From contig JAVBWO010000012.1 of NCBI GenBank assembly GCA_036677375.1, positions 420,677 through 484,676 on the forward strand: 64,000 nucleotides of DNA. The letters are read 5' to 3'. Under the pieces are notes generated by a model. It had not been told where the DNA came from, did no database searches, and saw only the letters and a program-made list of their open reading frames with translations. Below, piece after piece: positions 40,985-50,124 of the stretch; the first letter of the stretch is position 1, and the number at the start of each line of letters is the position of its first letter. The position numbers and the translations under genes are program-made. This DNA is from Bacillota bacterium (lineage in GTDB: Bacteria; Bacillota; Dehalobacteriia; UBA4068; UBA4997).

Positions 40985-41112
40985 CGGGCCGGTTTAATAC
41001 CTTTGTTGCTTGTCTTTGCCATTTCAGGTATTCCCATGACTTTCAGCGCCAATTGATTTTCCGCTCCATCAGTACAGCGTCCATCGTGCTGAACAACCAT
41101 GCTCCGCCAAGG

Positions 41113-41493
41113 CTAGTGCTTGCTTTGATAATTGTCGATCGCCGCTTTCAGGGCGTCTGCCGCCAAAACGGAGCAATGTATCTTATATTCCGGAATGCCG
41201 CCCAGCGCATCTACGATATCCTGAGTACTGACTTTTTTGGCTTCTTCCAAGGTCTTGCCTTTCACCATTTCCGTCAGTGCGCTACTGGAAGCGATGGCGG
41301 CGGCGCAACCATAGGTCTTGAAGCGAATGTCCCGGATGATGTTATTTTCGTCGATATCCAAATAGATAATGGTGGTATCTCCGCAACTGGGGCTTTGCAC
41401 TTCGCCCATCGCGGAGGTGTGTTCCGGCTCTCCCACATTGCGGGGATTCTCAAAGTGATCCATCACTTTTTCATTATATAGATTTTGCGCCAT
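41113..41493 (-). CDS. iscU: Fe-S cluster scaffold IscU/NifU-N
   Basis: YNEKVMDHFENPRNVG, SCGD, YGCAAAIAS, KIHCS (three conserved Cys). Confidence 0.93.
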   Translation of the reverse strand: MAQNLYNEKVMDHFENPRNVGEPEHTSAMGEVQSPSCGDTTIIYLDIDENNIIRDIRFKTYGCAAAIASSSALTEMVKGKTLEEAKKVSTQDIVDALGGIPEYKIHCSVLAADALKAAIDNYQSKH

Positions 41494-41625
41494 TGTAACC
41501 CACTCCTTTTTCATCTCCTGGCGGCCTTCGTGTCTGCTTGCTTTGCTTCTTTACATTCATTCTAATATTCTAATTCCTAGTTATTAACTTGGTGTTTATA
41601 TCATAACAGCTTGATTTACCCTTTG

Positions 41626-42951
41626 TCAATCCTTTTTCTTTCCTCTTTGATCCAAATATTCGACGATTTTTTTTTCATGTCCCCGACCGGTAGGTTGGTA
41701 ATAGCGGCTCTCTTTTAATTCTTCCGGCAAATACTGCTGTTTGATCCAGCCGCCCGGGAAACTGTGGGGATATTGATAGCCCGCGCCGTGGCCGAAGTTC
41801 TTGGCCCCTTGATAACTGGCATCACGCAAATGGGTGGGAACACCGGAAAAATTCTTATTCCGTACATCCGACAAAGCGGCGTCAATACCGGCATAGGCAG
41901 CGTTGGATTTGGGCGCTGTGGCAAGATAAACCGCCGCCATGGCAATGGGAATGCGGGCCTCCGGCCAACCAACATAATGGGCGGCGTCCATAGCGGTCAC
42001 TGCCACCTGTAAGGCCTGGGGATCGGCCAGTCCGACATCCTCGGCGGCGCAAATAATGATACGCCTGGCAATGAATTCCGGACTTTCCCCGGCGTCGATC
42101 ATACGGGCCAGCCAATGCAAAGTGGCATCCGGGTCGGAACCCCGCATGCTTTTGATAAAAGCGGAAATCACATCGTAATGATAATCACCGTCTTTGTCGT
42201 ATTTCATGGCGCGGCGCTGGATGCTCTCGGCAGCCACCTCCAAGGTGATATGGCGCCAACCGTCCGCTTCCGGAATGGTGGTAAGGACAGAGAGCTCTAA
42301 AGCATTCAGCGCAATCCTGGCATCGCCGCCGCTCATGGCGGCCAAATGCGCCAAGGCTTCCTCCGAGGCTGTGGCATGATATTTCCCCATGCCACGCTTC
42401 GTATCGGCCAGGGCCTGTTTCAGTAAAGCAATGATATCCTGTTCCGTCAAGGGTTCCAGCTTGAAGATGCGGGAGCGGGACAATAAAGCGGAATTGACTT
42501 CAAAATAAGGATTTTCCGTGGTGGCTCCCACCAAAATGATGGTGCCGTCCTCTACTGCCGGTAAAAGGGCATCCTGCTGGCTTTTATTGAAACGGTGGAT
42601 CTCGTCGATAAAAAGCACGGTACGCTTGCCGTAAAGGCCCAAGTTCTCTTTGGCACCGGCAATGACCTGTCTGACATCTGCCACCCCCGCCGTTACGGCA
42701 GAAAGCTGAGTGAAATTGCTCTGTGTGCTGCCGGCGATGATCTGCGCCAAAGTGGTCTTGCCGGTGCCGGGCGGCCCGTAAAAAATGAGGGAAGAGATCT
42801 GATCCGCTTCAATGGCGCGGCGCAAGAGCTTGCCTTTTCCCACAATATGTTCCTGTCCAAAAAATTCCTGAAAGTTGCGCGGGCGCATCCTAGCGGCCAG
42901 GGGTTCCGCCTTTTTGCGGTTGGTCTCCCGGCTGGCGCTGAATAGATCCAA
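41626..42951 (-). CDS. rarA: Replication-associated recombination protein RarA/MgsA
   Basis: [44 protein letters not shown]. Confidence 0.96.
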   Translation of the reverse strand: MDLFSASRETNRKKAEPLAARMRPRNFQEFFGQEHIVGKGKLLRRAIEADQISSLIFYGPPGTGKTTLAQIIAGSTQSNFTQLSAVTAGVADVRQVIAGAKENLGLYGKRTVLFIDEIHRFNKSQQDALLPAVEDGTIILVGATTENPYFEVNSALLSRSRIFKLEPLTEQDIIALLKQALADTKRGMGKYHATASEEALAHLAAMSGGDARIALNALELSVLTTIPEADGWRHITLEVAAESIQRRAMKYDKDGDYHYDVISAFIKSMRGSDPDATLHWLARMIDAGESPEFIARRIIICAAEDVGLADPQALQVAVTAMDAAHYVGWPEARIPIAMAAVYLATAPKSNAAYAGIDAALSDVRNKNFSGVPTHLRDASYQGAKNFGHGAGYQYPHSFPGGWIKQQYLPEELKESRYYQPTGRGHEKKIVEYLDQRGKKKD

Positions 42952-43057
42952 TCAGCCCACCTCCCTTATGACTTATTATACTATCATGCTTTATATACAT
43001 TGGTATGTGTTACGATCTTTTTCATTCAATCCTGTGTACGGCTTTTATCAAGACGCC

Positions 43058-43807
43058 CTATGCCATACCCGCGATCTGCCTGACCACATAGCCCGCCAAA
43101 AACATGCCGGCCACAGGCGGTACAAAGGCGATGCTGCCAATGGCGCGTTGGCCTTCCGGCAGTTTTTCCTTGGGCGGGATGGGCGGCTCCGTGGAATAGA
43201 CCACCGGCACGCCTTTTTCGATACCAACCTGACGCAGCCTCTGCCGCATCATTCGCGCCAACGGGCAAACCTTGGTTTCCGCAATATCGCCTAAGCGCAA
43301 AAGTTCGGGATACAGCTTATTACCGGTACCCATGCTGGAAACAATGCCGATGCCGGCCTCCAGGCAATATTGGATGATAGCCACCTTACCCGTTACATCG
43401 TCAATGGCGTCCACCACCCAGTCCATACCGGAGAGAAGCGCCACCACATTATCCTCGGTAAGCCGGACGGATCGCAATTCCACCCGGCAGCCGGGATTGA
43501 TCTGTGCCACCCGTTCCGCCATGACCTCCGCCTTTTGCCTGCCTACGGTGCTTGTCAAGGCGGGGATCTGCCGGTTTAAGTTGCTTAGGACAATCCTGTC
43601 AAAATCAATGAGCCGTAGGGTCGCCACGCCGGAGCGGGCCAAGGCCTCGCAAGCGGCGGCACCTACTCCTCCCAGGCCGCATACCGCCACCCTAGCCTTG
43701 TTTAAACGGGAAAGGGCTTCCTCTCCCAAAAGCAAAGCCGTACGGACAAAACGTTCCTCGATTCCGTTTATTTCGCTTGTTCCGTTTGTATCTCTCGCAG
43801 TCGTCAT
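43058..43807 (-). CDS. tcdA: tRNA threonylcarbamoyladenosine dehydratase (ThiF family)
   Basis: GLGGVG..EALARSGV..SNLNRQ..DAID..SSMGTG..CPLAR..YSTE. Confidence 0.9.
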   Translation of the reverse strand: MTTARDTNGTSEINGIEERFVRTALLLGEEALSRLNKARVAVCGLGGVGAAACEALARSGVATLRLIDFDRIVLSNLNRQIPALTSTVGRQKAEVMAERVAQINPGCRVELRSVRLTEDNVVALLSGMDWVVDAIDDVTGKVAIIQYCLEAGIGIVSSMGTGNKLYPELLRLGDIAETKVCPLARMMRQRLRQVGIEKGVPVVYSTEPPIPPKEKLPEGQRAIGSIAFVPPVAGMFLAGYVVRQIAGMA

Positions 43808-43809
43808 GG

Positions 43810-44730
43810 CTATAAAGTTCCCTTCCGGCGCAGATTGTCAAGATAATGCAGGTAATCCTCAGGCGGCGGCACCTGGATGGTCATAGGCTGCCCGGTCATC
43901 GGATGCTTGAAATTGACCCGGGTACAATGGAGAAGCTCTATGGGAGTAGCAGGCTTTTTCGGCCCGTACACCACATCACCCACCACAGGATGTCCGATAT
44001 GCTTCATGGAAACCCTGATCTGATGGGTGCGCCCTGTCATGATCTGCGCTTCGATGAAGGCGTACTGCGGAAAATGCTCCAGCACCTTATATTTTGTCCA
44101 GGCGTTGCGGCCCTTGCCGGGCGTCACTGCCATCTTTTTCCTGTCACGAGGGTCCCGGCCGATGGAAACCTGGATCTCGCCGCCGGCTTCCGGCATATTG
44201 CCGTGAACCACCGCCACATAGAAGCGTTCCACCTGGCCGGTGGGCCAGGCCGCCGTCAGCGCCCGGTGCGCCCGGTCATGCTTGGCGATGACCAATAAAC
44301 CGGAGGTATCCTTATCCAGGCGGTGCACGATACCGGGCCTCAGCTCGCCGTTGATGCCGGAAAGATTGTCACAATAATGCAGCAGGGCATTGACCAAGGT
44401 ACCCTGGTAGTTGCCAACAGCCGGGTGCACCACCATGCCCCGGGGCTTATTGACAAAAAGGATATCCTCATCCTCATAGACGATATCCAAAGGAATATCC
44501 TCCGCACGAATGGCAACCGGCACCGGCGGCGGGATCAGGGCAATGATCTCATCCCCCGAAGCGATAGCCTGGCTGGCCTTGGCGCTTTTGCCGTTTATGG
44601 TGATGGCTTCCTCTTTGAGAAGGCTCTGCACTCTCGCCCGGGACAAATCAGGCCATAGGCCGGCGATAAAAATATCCGCACGCTTGGCATCCTCCCCGGC
44701 GCGGCAGGTTCTTTTGTCAAGGTCTGTCAT
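43810..44730 (-). CDS. rluD: RluA-family 23S rRNA pseudouridine synthase (RluD-like)
   Basis: S4 domain, NKPRGMVVHP, HRLDKDTSG, TGRTHQIRV; follows lspA. Confidence 0.92.
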   Translation of the reverse strand: MTDLDKRTCRAGEDAKRADIFIAGLWPDLSRARVQSLLKEEAITINGKSAKASQAIASGDEIIALIPPPVPVAIRAEDIPLDIVYEDEDILFVNKPRGMVVHPAVGNYQGTLVNALLHYCDNLSGINGELRPGIVHRLDKDTSGLLVIAKHDRAHRALTAAWPTGQVERFYVAVVHGNMPEAGGEIQVSIGRDPRDRKKMAVTPGKGRNAWTKYKVLEHFPQYAFIEAQIMTGRTHQIRVSMKHIGHPVVGDVVYGPKKPATPIELLHCTRVNFKHPMTGQPMTIQVPPPEDYLHYLDNLRRKGTL

Positions 44731-45178
44731 GCTTGACCTCCCGGCTTTTTTTCTCATCAAACAGCAATAAGAGGCAAATGGCGATTACGCTCAAGACCAA
44801 AAGGCAGTCGGCTACATTAAAAATAGGGATAATGAAAATATCAATAAAATCCACTACATATCCAAAACGCAAACGGTCGATAAAATTGCCGACGGTGCCC
44901 GCCAAAAAAAAGGTCAGCGACAGACGCCACCATTTTTTTTCTTTCGGCATCTTCATCAAAAAGAAGATGACAGCCAGGAGGGCCGCCAAAGTGATCACGA
45001 TAAAGAACCATCTCTGCCCCTGTAGGATACTGAAGGCAGCTCCTTCATTATGTATATAGAAAAGCTGTAGAATACCGGGGATCACCGGCACAGCTTTTCC
45101 ATAGGGCAGATAAGCGGTGACAAAATACTTGCAGATCTGATCCGTGAAAAGTAAAATCAAAGCGATTATCCAGTACAT
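44717..45178 (-). CDS. lspA: Lipoprotein signal peptidase II
   Basis: NEGAAFS, GNFIDR, VVDFI, FNVAD. Confidence 0.96.
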   Translation of the reverse strand: MYWIIALILLFTDQICKYFVTAYLPYGKAVPVIPGILQLFYIHNEGAAFSILQGQRWFFIVITLAALLAVIFFLMKMPKEKKWWRLSLTFFLAGTVGNFIDRLRFGYVVDFIDIFIIPIFNVADCLLVLSVIAICLLLLFDEKKSREVKHDRP

Positions 45179-45205
45179 ACTCTTCTCCTCTGTTCTCAAA
45201 TCGGA

Positions 45206-45760
45206 TTAAGGCCGGATGGTGCGGGCATCCTCCACATATTGCACCAATTGAGCGATAAAATCGCCAATATAAGGCAGATCAAGCCCCACCAAAAACCTTA
45301 AGATATACAGTAAAACGGCAACCAGCAAGGTAAAGCCGATACCGAAGCCAAAGCCTCTGGCCAGACCGCCCATAAAATTTAAGATTACCATTTTTCTGGG
45401 CTTTCCCATCAATGCCACATAATCGGCAATATGGGAATGCTCCAGATTGGCGGAAATTTTCTCTAAACGGCGCAGATTATCCCAAGCCTGCCGGTACCAT
45501 TCTTCCTTCTCCTCGCCATCGGCCAACTCTCTTAACAGAACTTCTTTTTTTGATTGAAAAGATTTCCCCGCTTCATCCCGCACCATGCCCGTATCGGTCG
45601 TGGCACTTAGGTCATGATTTTGATCTTTCGCTTTCGTCATGCGTTCTTTTCCGTCGCCACCGGGTACATCCTGCCCACAGTCACGGCTGGCTCCATCGGA
45701 ATCAAAGTGCATGGTATAAGACGGCTGGTTCTCATGGTTATTTGTGGGAGACATGGGCAT
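45206..45760 (-). CDS. DUF5665-like membrane protein with a long low-complexity N-terminus
   Basis: IADYVALM..P..NFMGGLARGFGFGIGFT..LPYIGDFIA; GGAGG RBS. Confidence 0.75.
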   Translation of the reverse strand: MPMSPTNNHENQPSYTMHFDSDGASRDCGQDVPGGDGKERMTKAKDQNHDLSATTDTGMVRDEAGKSFQSKKEVLLRELADGEEKEEWYRQAWDNLRRLEKISANLEHSHIADYVALMGKPRKMVILNFMGGLARGFGFGIGFTLLVAVLLYILRFLVGLDLPYIGDFIAQLVQYVEDARTIRP

Positions 45761-46038
45761 TCCTCCTATGGTTTCCCTTAGTATTTCCTCAAATCAATAT
45801 AATATCATTATTTTATCGATTCTCTTGATTATCGGAAGCTTGAGGCCAAAAGGCTTGGCCCAATAGATTTCCCAATCATCTATGCTTGCTGGTATTCTCT
45901 ATTTTACCTCTTCTCGGTCAATAACTCAATCCTTTATTGCCATAAGACTTCCTTTGCTTTCTTACGGTCTTCGACAATTTTGACTTGACCGGCTAGCTTA
46001 TATTTTCAAGGGGTATTAAAAGTTTTACGCAAAAAAAT

Positions 46039-46066
46039 AAGGACAGGGCTAGTTGCCCTGTCCTTT
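46039..46066 (-). terminator. Intrinsic terminator after the M56 gene
   Basis: aaggacagggc-tagtt-gccctgtcctt with U-tract on the minus strand. Confidence 0.8.
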
Positions 46067-46133
46067 AAGGGGTTAGTCTTAATCACGATGTCCATTGAGG
46101 CAGTGATGCAACAATCGATTTTACCGCTAAACC

Positions 46134-48326
46134 CTAATGCCCAAAGCCTTCAATTTTCCACCCTGTTTGAGGAGATTCGTATACCATACTGCAATCCCAA
46201 GATTGTTCTCCGTTGTCTATGGTCACCTCTTCGTTGTACTGAAGATTCACATAAACTCTAAAGATTTCAGTATTTTTATCGGATTCTTCGATGAGCTCAA
46301 TTTTTGACAGTTTTACTGACTTCAGGTTGTCAAAACTTGATTTGACTCCTATATCGGCATCAGTTAAAGGCAAGCCTATCCCTTTAAGAAACAATTCTTC
46401 GTTTGGCATATTTACTGTCAAATTGCCCAACAGCGTCTTTTTCGAGAGACAGTATTCCGCACTCTGAGCGTTTTTATTGTCCAGCGCCGTGAAATATTCC
46501 TTGATAACCTGTTCTGGTTCTAATTTGGACAGTCTTTCTTCGGTGCTATCCGCCTTAACTTTGTTCGCAATCCATTCGTTAACCGTTTTACCTGTCACAC
46601 TTTCGAAGCTGTTCCCTTTCAGACTGCAAGCGTTAAAAGCACTGTGCCGCCCGGCGCTAACGAATGCGCCAATGATTTTATCGCCATTTTTAACGACGAT
46701 GCCTCTGCAATTCTGTATCGGATGGAACTCTTGCGGCATACTCTCATGAATTCTATAAACTTTAACGTCAAGATCTGCGTTGTTAGAGTATTGGCTCATG
46801 TCAAGGCCGATATCCTTTGAAAGCTCGTTGTTATACGCGAAATAATATGCATTTGGATTGAAACCGGACAAAGTGCTGATATTGTTGAGCTTGTTTTTCA
46901 TCTCACTGATCTGGTAATCAAGCGTCCATCCATATTCCTTAAATAGTGCCGTGTCAGTTTTACCTATATTGAAAGTAATATTTGTGTTTTCAAAAAGTGA
47001 ATCAATATAGCGTGCAAAATCTGTTCCTATATCGAAAAGACCGCCGTCTTTTACGATGTAGGCTTTATCATAGAGTGTATCATAGTAAAGCCCACAGCTA
47101 TATCCGCCGATCTTATTTGACAATTTAATCGTATACTGATTTGTATGATTATTTTCCAGATCATCTATCTGCTTGGAGGGTATGCTTGTTCTTATCGTTG
47201 AGTCAATGTATGCCACTACCTGGCGATCGGTTGCTTCAAACGCATTCGACGACTTAGATCCTTTGTTTTCGGAGAGGAACGAAATTTTTACGCTATGATA
47301 TTCCGTGGTGTACGCCGCTTCCAATGTCCCGGGAAGAGCAGATGATAACACATTACTTGGATTGGATGGATTTGCAGGTGTCCTGTCCGTTTGCTTGCTG
47401 ACAATAAGAGAAATACTGACCACGGCAACAATTACAATTGCCGTAACGTTTAGCCAAAACGCAGTTTTTTTATAATTCAACACATTTTTCACCCTTTCCT
47501 TCACTCCTGTTTCCCCAAATGCAAGTGGGCTGAGAAGTCCACTCTTTTTTACCGACAGCGTCAATAAGGAACTGGCATAGTCACCTCGGATATCAAAATC
47601 ATAATGCTTCATGACGCTCTCATCCGCTGACAATTCCATATCCTTTACCATGAATGCGTAGGAAAACCATACAATGGGATTAAACCAATGTACGGATGTG
47701 ACCAGAAAAGCCAAGGGTTTTATCAGATAGTCAAGGCGTCTGATATGCGTCCGTTCATGCGCTGTCACATATTCCATCTCATTTACACCAAGCCCTGTAG
47801 GAACATATATTTGGGTACGGATGAATCCCATAACAAACGGCGTTTTAATAAGGTCAGTTTCATAAATATTATCATGAACAAGAATCGCAGTCATGACCCT
47901 TCTTTTTAAACGCAGATAGCTGATAATCCCATATAATAAAAGCACAAGAACGCCCGCCATCCACAGATATGCTCCGATTTCCAACACGACTTGAACGGGA
48001 TTGACGCTTTCAGCGGGGCTTACTGGTGGCAGCGATCTTTCAATAGCATTGTTTACGGCGTGGTCGACAACCGGTACTCCGCTTTGTATGGATGGGCTCT
48101 TGGAATAAACTATGTCGTGCGGTATAGTCTGCGGATGCACGGGAATGGCACTTACCGGCAATTGGATCGTAAACGGGCAAATCAGCCGGAAAAATACCAC
48201 AGCCCAAAGCACGTATGAATATATTTTGGACGTTTTTCTTAAGGCCAGCCGGATCAGCATGACGATCAGGGCGACGCAACTTGCGCTGAGACTCATGTTC
48301 AAAATCCCGATAAACAATCCGCTCAT
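46134..48326 (-). CDS. BlaR1/MecR1-like M56 membrane metallopeptidase with a large extracytoplasmic domain that is not recognisably a penicillin-binding domain
   Basis: LNMSLSAS, HERTH zinc motif, HWFNP, DMELSAD, LAFGE, KERVKNVL; C-terminus ends in ..GWKIEGFGH (DUF4829-like). Confidence 0.9.
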   Translation of the reverse strand: MSGLFIGILNMSLSASCVALIVMLIRLALRKTSKIYSYVLWAVVFFRLICPFTIQLPVSAIPVHPQTIPHDIVYSKSPSIQSGVPVVDHAVNNAIERSLPPVSPAESVNPVQVVLEIGAYLWMAGVLVLLLYGIISYLRLKRRVMTAILVHDNIYETDLIKTPFVMGFIRTQIYVPTGLGVNEMEYVTAHERTHIRRLDYLIKPLAFLVTSVHWFNPIVWFSYAFMVKDMELSADESVMKHYDFDIRGDYASSLLTLSVKKSGLLSPLAFGETGVKERVKNVLNYKKTAFWLNVTAIVIVAVVSISLIVSKQTDRTPANPSNPSNVLSSALPGTLEAAYTTEYHSVKISFLSENKGSKSSNAFEATDRQVVAYIDSTIRTSIPSKQIDDLENNHTNQYTIKLSNKIGGYSCGLYYDTLYDKAYIVKDGGLFDIGTDFARYIDSLFENTNITFNIGKTDTALFKEYGWTLDYQISEMKNKLNNISTLSGFNPNAYYFAYNNELSKDIGLDMSQYSNNADLDVKVYRIHESMPQEFHPIQNCRGIVVKNGDKIIGAFVSAGRHSAFNACSLKGNSFESVTGKTVNEWIANKVKADSTEERLSKLEPEQVIKEYFTALDNKNAQSAEYCLSKKTLLGNLTVNMPNEELFLKGIGLPLTDADIGVKSSFDNLKSVKLSKIELIEESDKNTEIFRVYVNLQYNEEVTIDNGEQSWDCSMVYESPQTGWKIEGFGH

Positions 48327-48682
48327 TTCGCCGCCTCCTCAATCATTTTCTTGATTTGTTCGGCATCGCTCTGCGTAAGCTTCTTATCCTGTAGAAATGC
48401 AGTAATAAAGCAGGGCAACGAGTTGCCAAAAGCCTTTTCAAGTATTTGCTCACTCTCGTATTTTTGTACCTGAATACGTTTGACAAGGGCCGTCACAACG
48501 GCACTTTCGTTTTTTAACACACCCCGCTCTGACAGCCGCTTAATGACCGAATACGTAGTGGATTTTTTCCAGCCAAATTCACTTTGACATAACCTGACAA
48601 GCTCCGTTGAGTTGACCGGTTCTTTTTCCCAGACAATACACATGAAGCGGTATTCGGCGTCGAATATTTTTAAGTTCTCCAT
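48323..48682 (-). CDS. BlaI/MecI/CopY family repressor
   Basis: DAEYRFMCIVW..WKKSTTYSVIKRLSERG; overlaps the M56 start (ATGA). Confidence 0.92.
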   Translation of the reverse strand: MENLKIFDAEYRFMCIVWEKEPVNSTELVRLCQSEFGWKKSTTYSVIKRLSERGVLKNESAVVTALVKRIQVQKYESEQILEKAFGNSLPCFITAFLQDKKLTQSDAEQIKKMIEEAAK

Positions 48683-48701
48683 TTTGATTCCCTCCCGTGA
48701 A

Positions 48702-48756
48702 GTCGAATGGCTTAGACCTTAGTATTAGTCTAATGTATTCGACCTACGCTTGTCAA
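48702..48756 (-). promoter_or_regulatory. Promoter with two tandem BlaI-type operators
   Basis: Imperfect palindromes GTCGAA-N4-TTAGAC (48702-48717) and GTCTAA-N4-TTCGAC (48728-48743); minus strand TTGACA-N18-TAGACT overlaps the second. Confidence 0.72.
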
Positions 48757-48969
48757 GATGAAAGTTTATTCAAGCAACCTCCCTTTAACGGTTTAAACAC
48801 TTGTTTGCCGCTTCGTATAGACGAAAACGCCTCTTTCCCAAAAAACTCCTTGGAAATGAGGCGTTTTCTTGCCGTATTCAGTTTGCCTATTGGGTAAGTT
48901 CACAATTTATCCTTGTGACTTTCCTCCTTTGACGCGTAAGCTTTCGGTTTTTTATCACTTTTGATATGA

Positions 48970-49950
48970 TTATTTGACGTTGCCGGTTACCAATGCCAAG
49001 AGAGCCATGCGCACGGGCAAGCCGTTATGAGCTTGGCGGAAATAAGCGGCGCCGGCATATTCGTCCACGTCAACCGTGATCTCATTGACGCGGGGCAGGG
49101 GATGCAGGATGATGGCGCCGGGACGGAAGGTTTTTACTAAGGACCCGTCCATAATAAACTCGTCTTTAACTGCTTCATATTCTTCCAGGGAGGCAAAGCG
49201 TTCCCTCTGTACCCGGGTCATATAAAGAACATCTGCGGCTTTGCAGGCTTCCGCCAGGCTGTTGGTTTCAGTTACTTCAATGCCCTTGGCACGAAGCTTG
49301 GCGGTAATGTCGGCAGGCATGGGCAAAGCGGCGGGGGAAGCAAAGATCAGTTTGGTTTGATACATGGCCAAAAAATCTACCAAAGAGTGGACGGTGCGGC
49401 CGTTTTTCAAGTCACCGATCAAGGCAACGGTTAAGCCGTTCAAGCTGCCTTTTTCTTTGATAATGGTATAGATGTCCAAAAGGGCTTGGGTGGGATGCTG
49501 GCCAGCGCCGTCTCCCGCATTGATCACAGGATGTATGGCGGCGTCAGCGGCAATTTGCGCAGCGCCGGTCATAGGGCTTCTGCAAACGATAACATCGGCA
49601 TAACCGTCGTTGACCAGCATGGTGTCATGTAAAGTCTCCCCTTTGGAGGTGGAAGAAGTCTGTGCGCCGGCCGCTTCGGCAACGGTAATCACATTGCCGC
49701 CCAAACGCAGCATGGCTGTTTCAAAAGACAGGCGTGTACGGGTGCTGGGTTCAAAGAATAAGGAGGCCATGACCTTCCCGTCCATATCATAAAGGCGTTT
49801 TTTGTCGATTAAGCATTGCTCATAGTGGGCCGCGGTATTCATAACAATTTCCAATTCTTCTTTGGTGAATTGATATGCGCTTAAAATGTCTTTGCCCAAG
49901 AAGAGATCCAATTTGTCTTGAGAAGGTTTTCCCGAGAAGTTTTTCAGCAT
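48970..49950 (-). CDS. pyrB: Aspartate carbamoyltransferase catalytic subunit
   Basis: FFEPSTRTRLSFE, KGETL.DT, INAGDG..HPTQALLD, GDLKNGRTVHS, TRVQRER, HPLPR. Confidence 0.92.
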   Translation of the reverse strand: MLKNFSGKPSQDKLDLFLGKDILSAYQFTKEELEIVMNTAAHYEQCLIDKKRLYDMDGKVMASLFFEPSTRTRLSFETAMLRLGGNVITVAEAAGAQTSSTSKGETLHDTMLVNDGYADVIVCRSPMTGAAQIAADAAIHPVINAGDGAGQHPTQALLDIYTIIKEKGSLNGLTVALIGDLKNGRTVHSLVDFLAMYQTKLIFASPAALPMPADITAKLRAKGIEVTETNSLAEACKAADVLYMTRVQRERFASLEEYEAVKDEFIMDGSLVKTFRPGAIILHPLPRVNEITVDVDEYAGAAYFRQAHNGLPVRMALLALVTGNVK

Positions 49951-50124
49951 TTGCCATTTCCCCCTTATTTTTTTGATTATTCGGAATTCAATTGTATCCA
50001 AACAGTATTCTACACTATTTCTGTATCCAATTCAACTTAAAATTTTGCAAATAGGTGAAATAAAAGCAGCTTTTTACAGCTGCCTTTACAATCGGACAAA
50101 AAATGCAAATTGTCCTTTTTTATC

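Noticed and set aside
42952-43057. 6S RNA, often found near tcdA-rarA
   Set aside because: The gap is only ~105 bp and lacks the long 6S rod.
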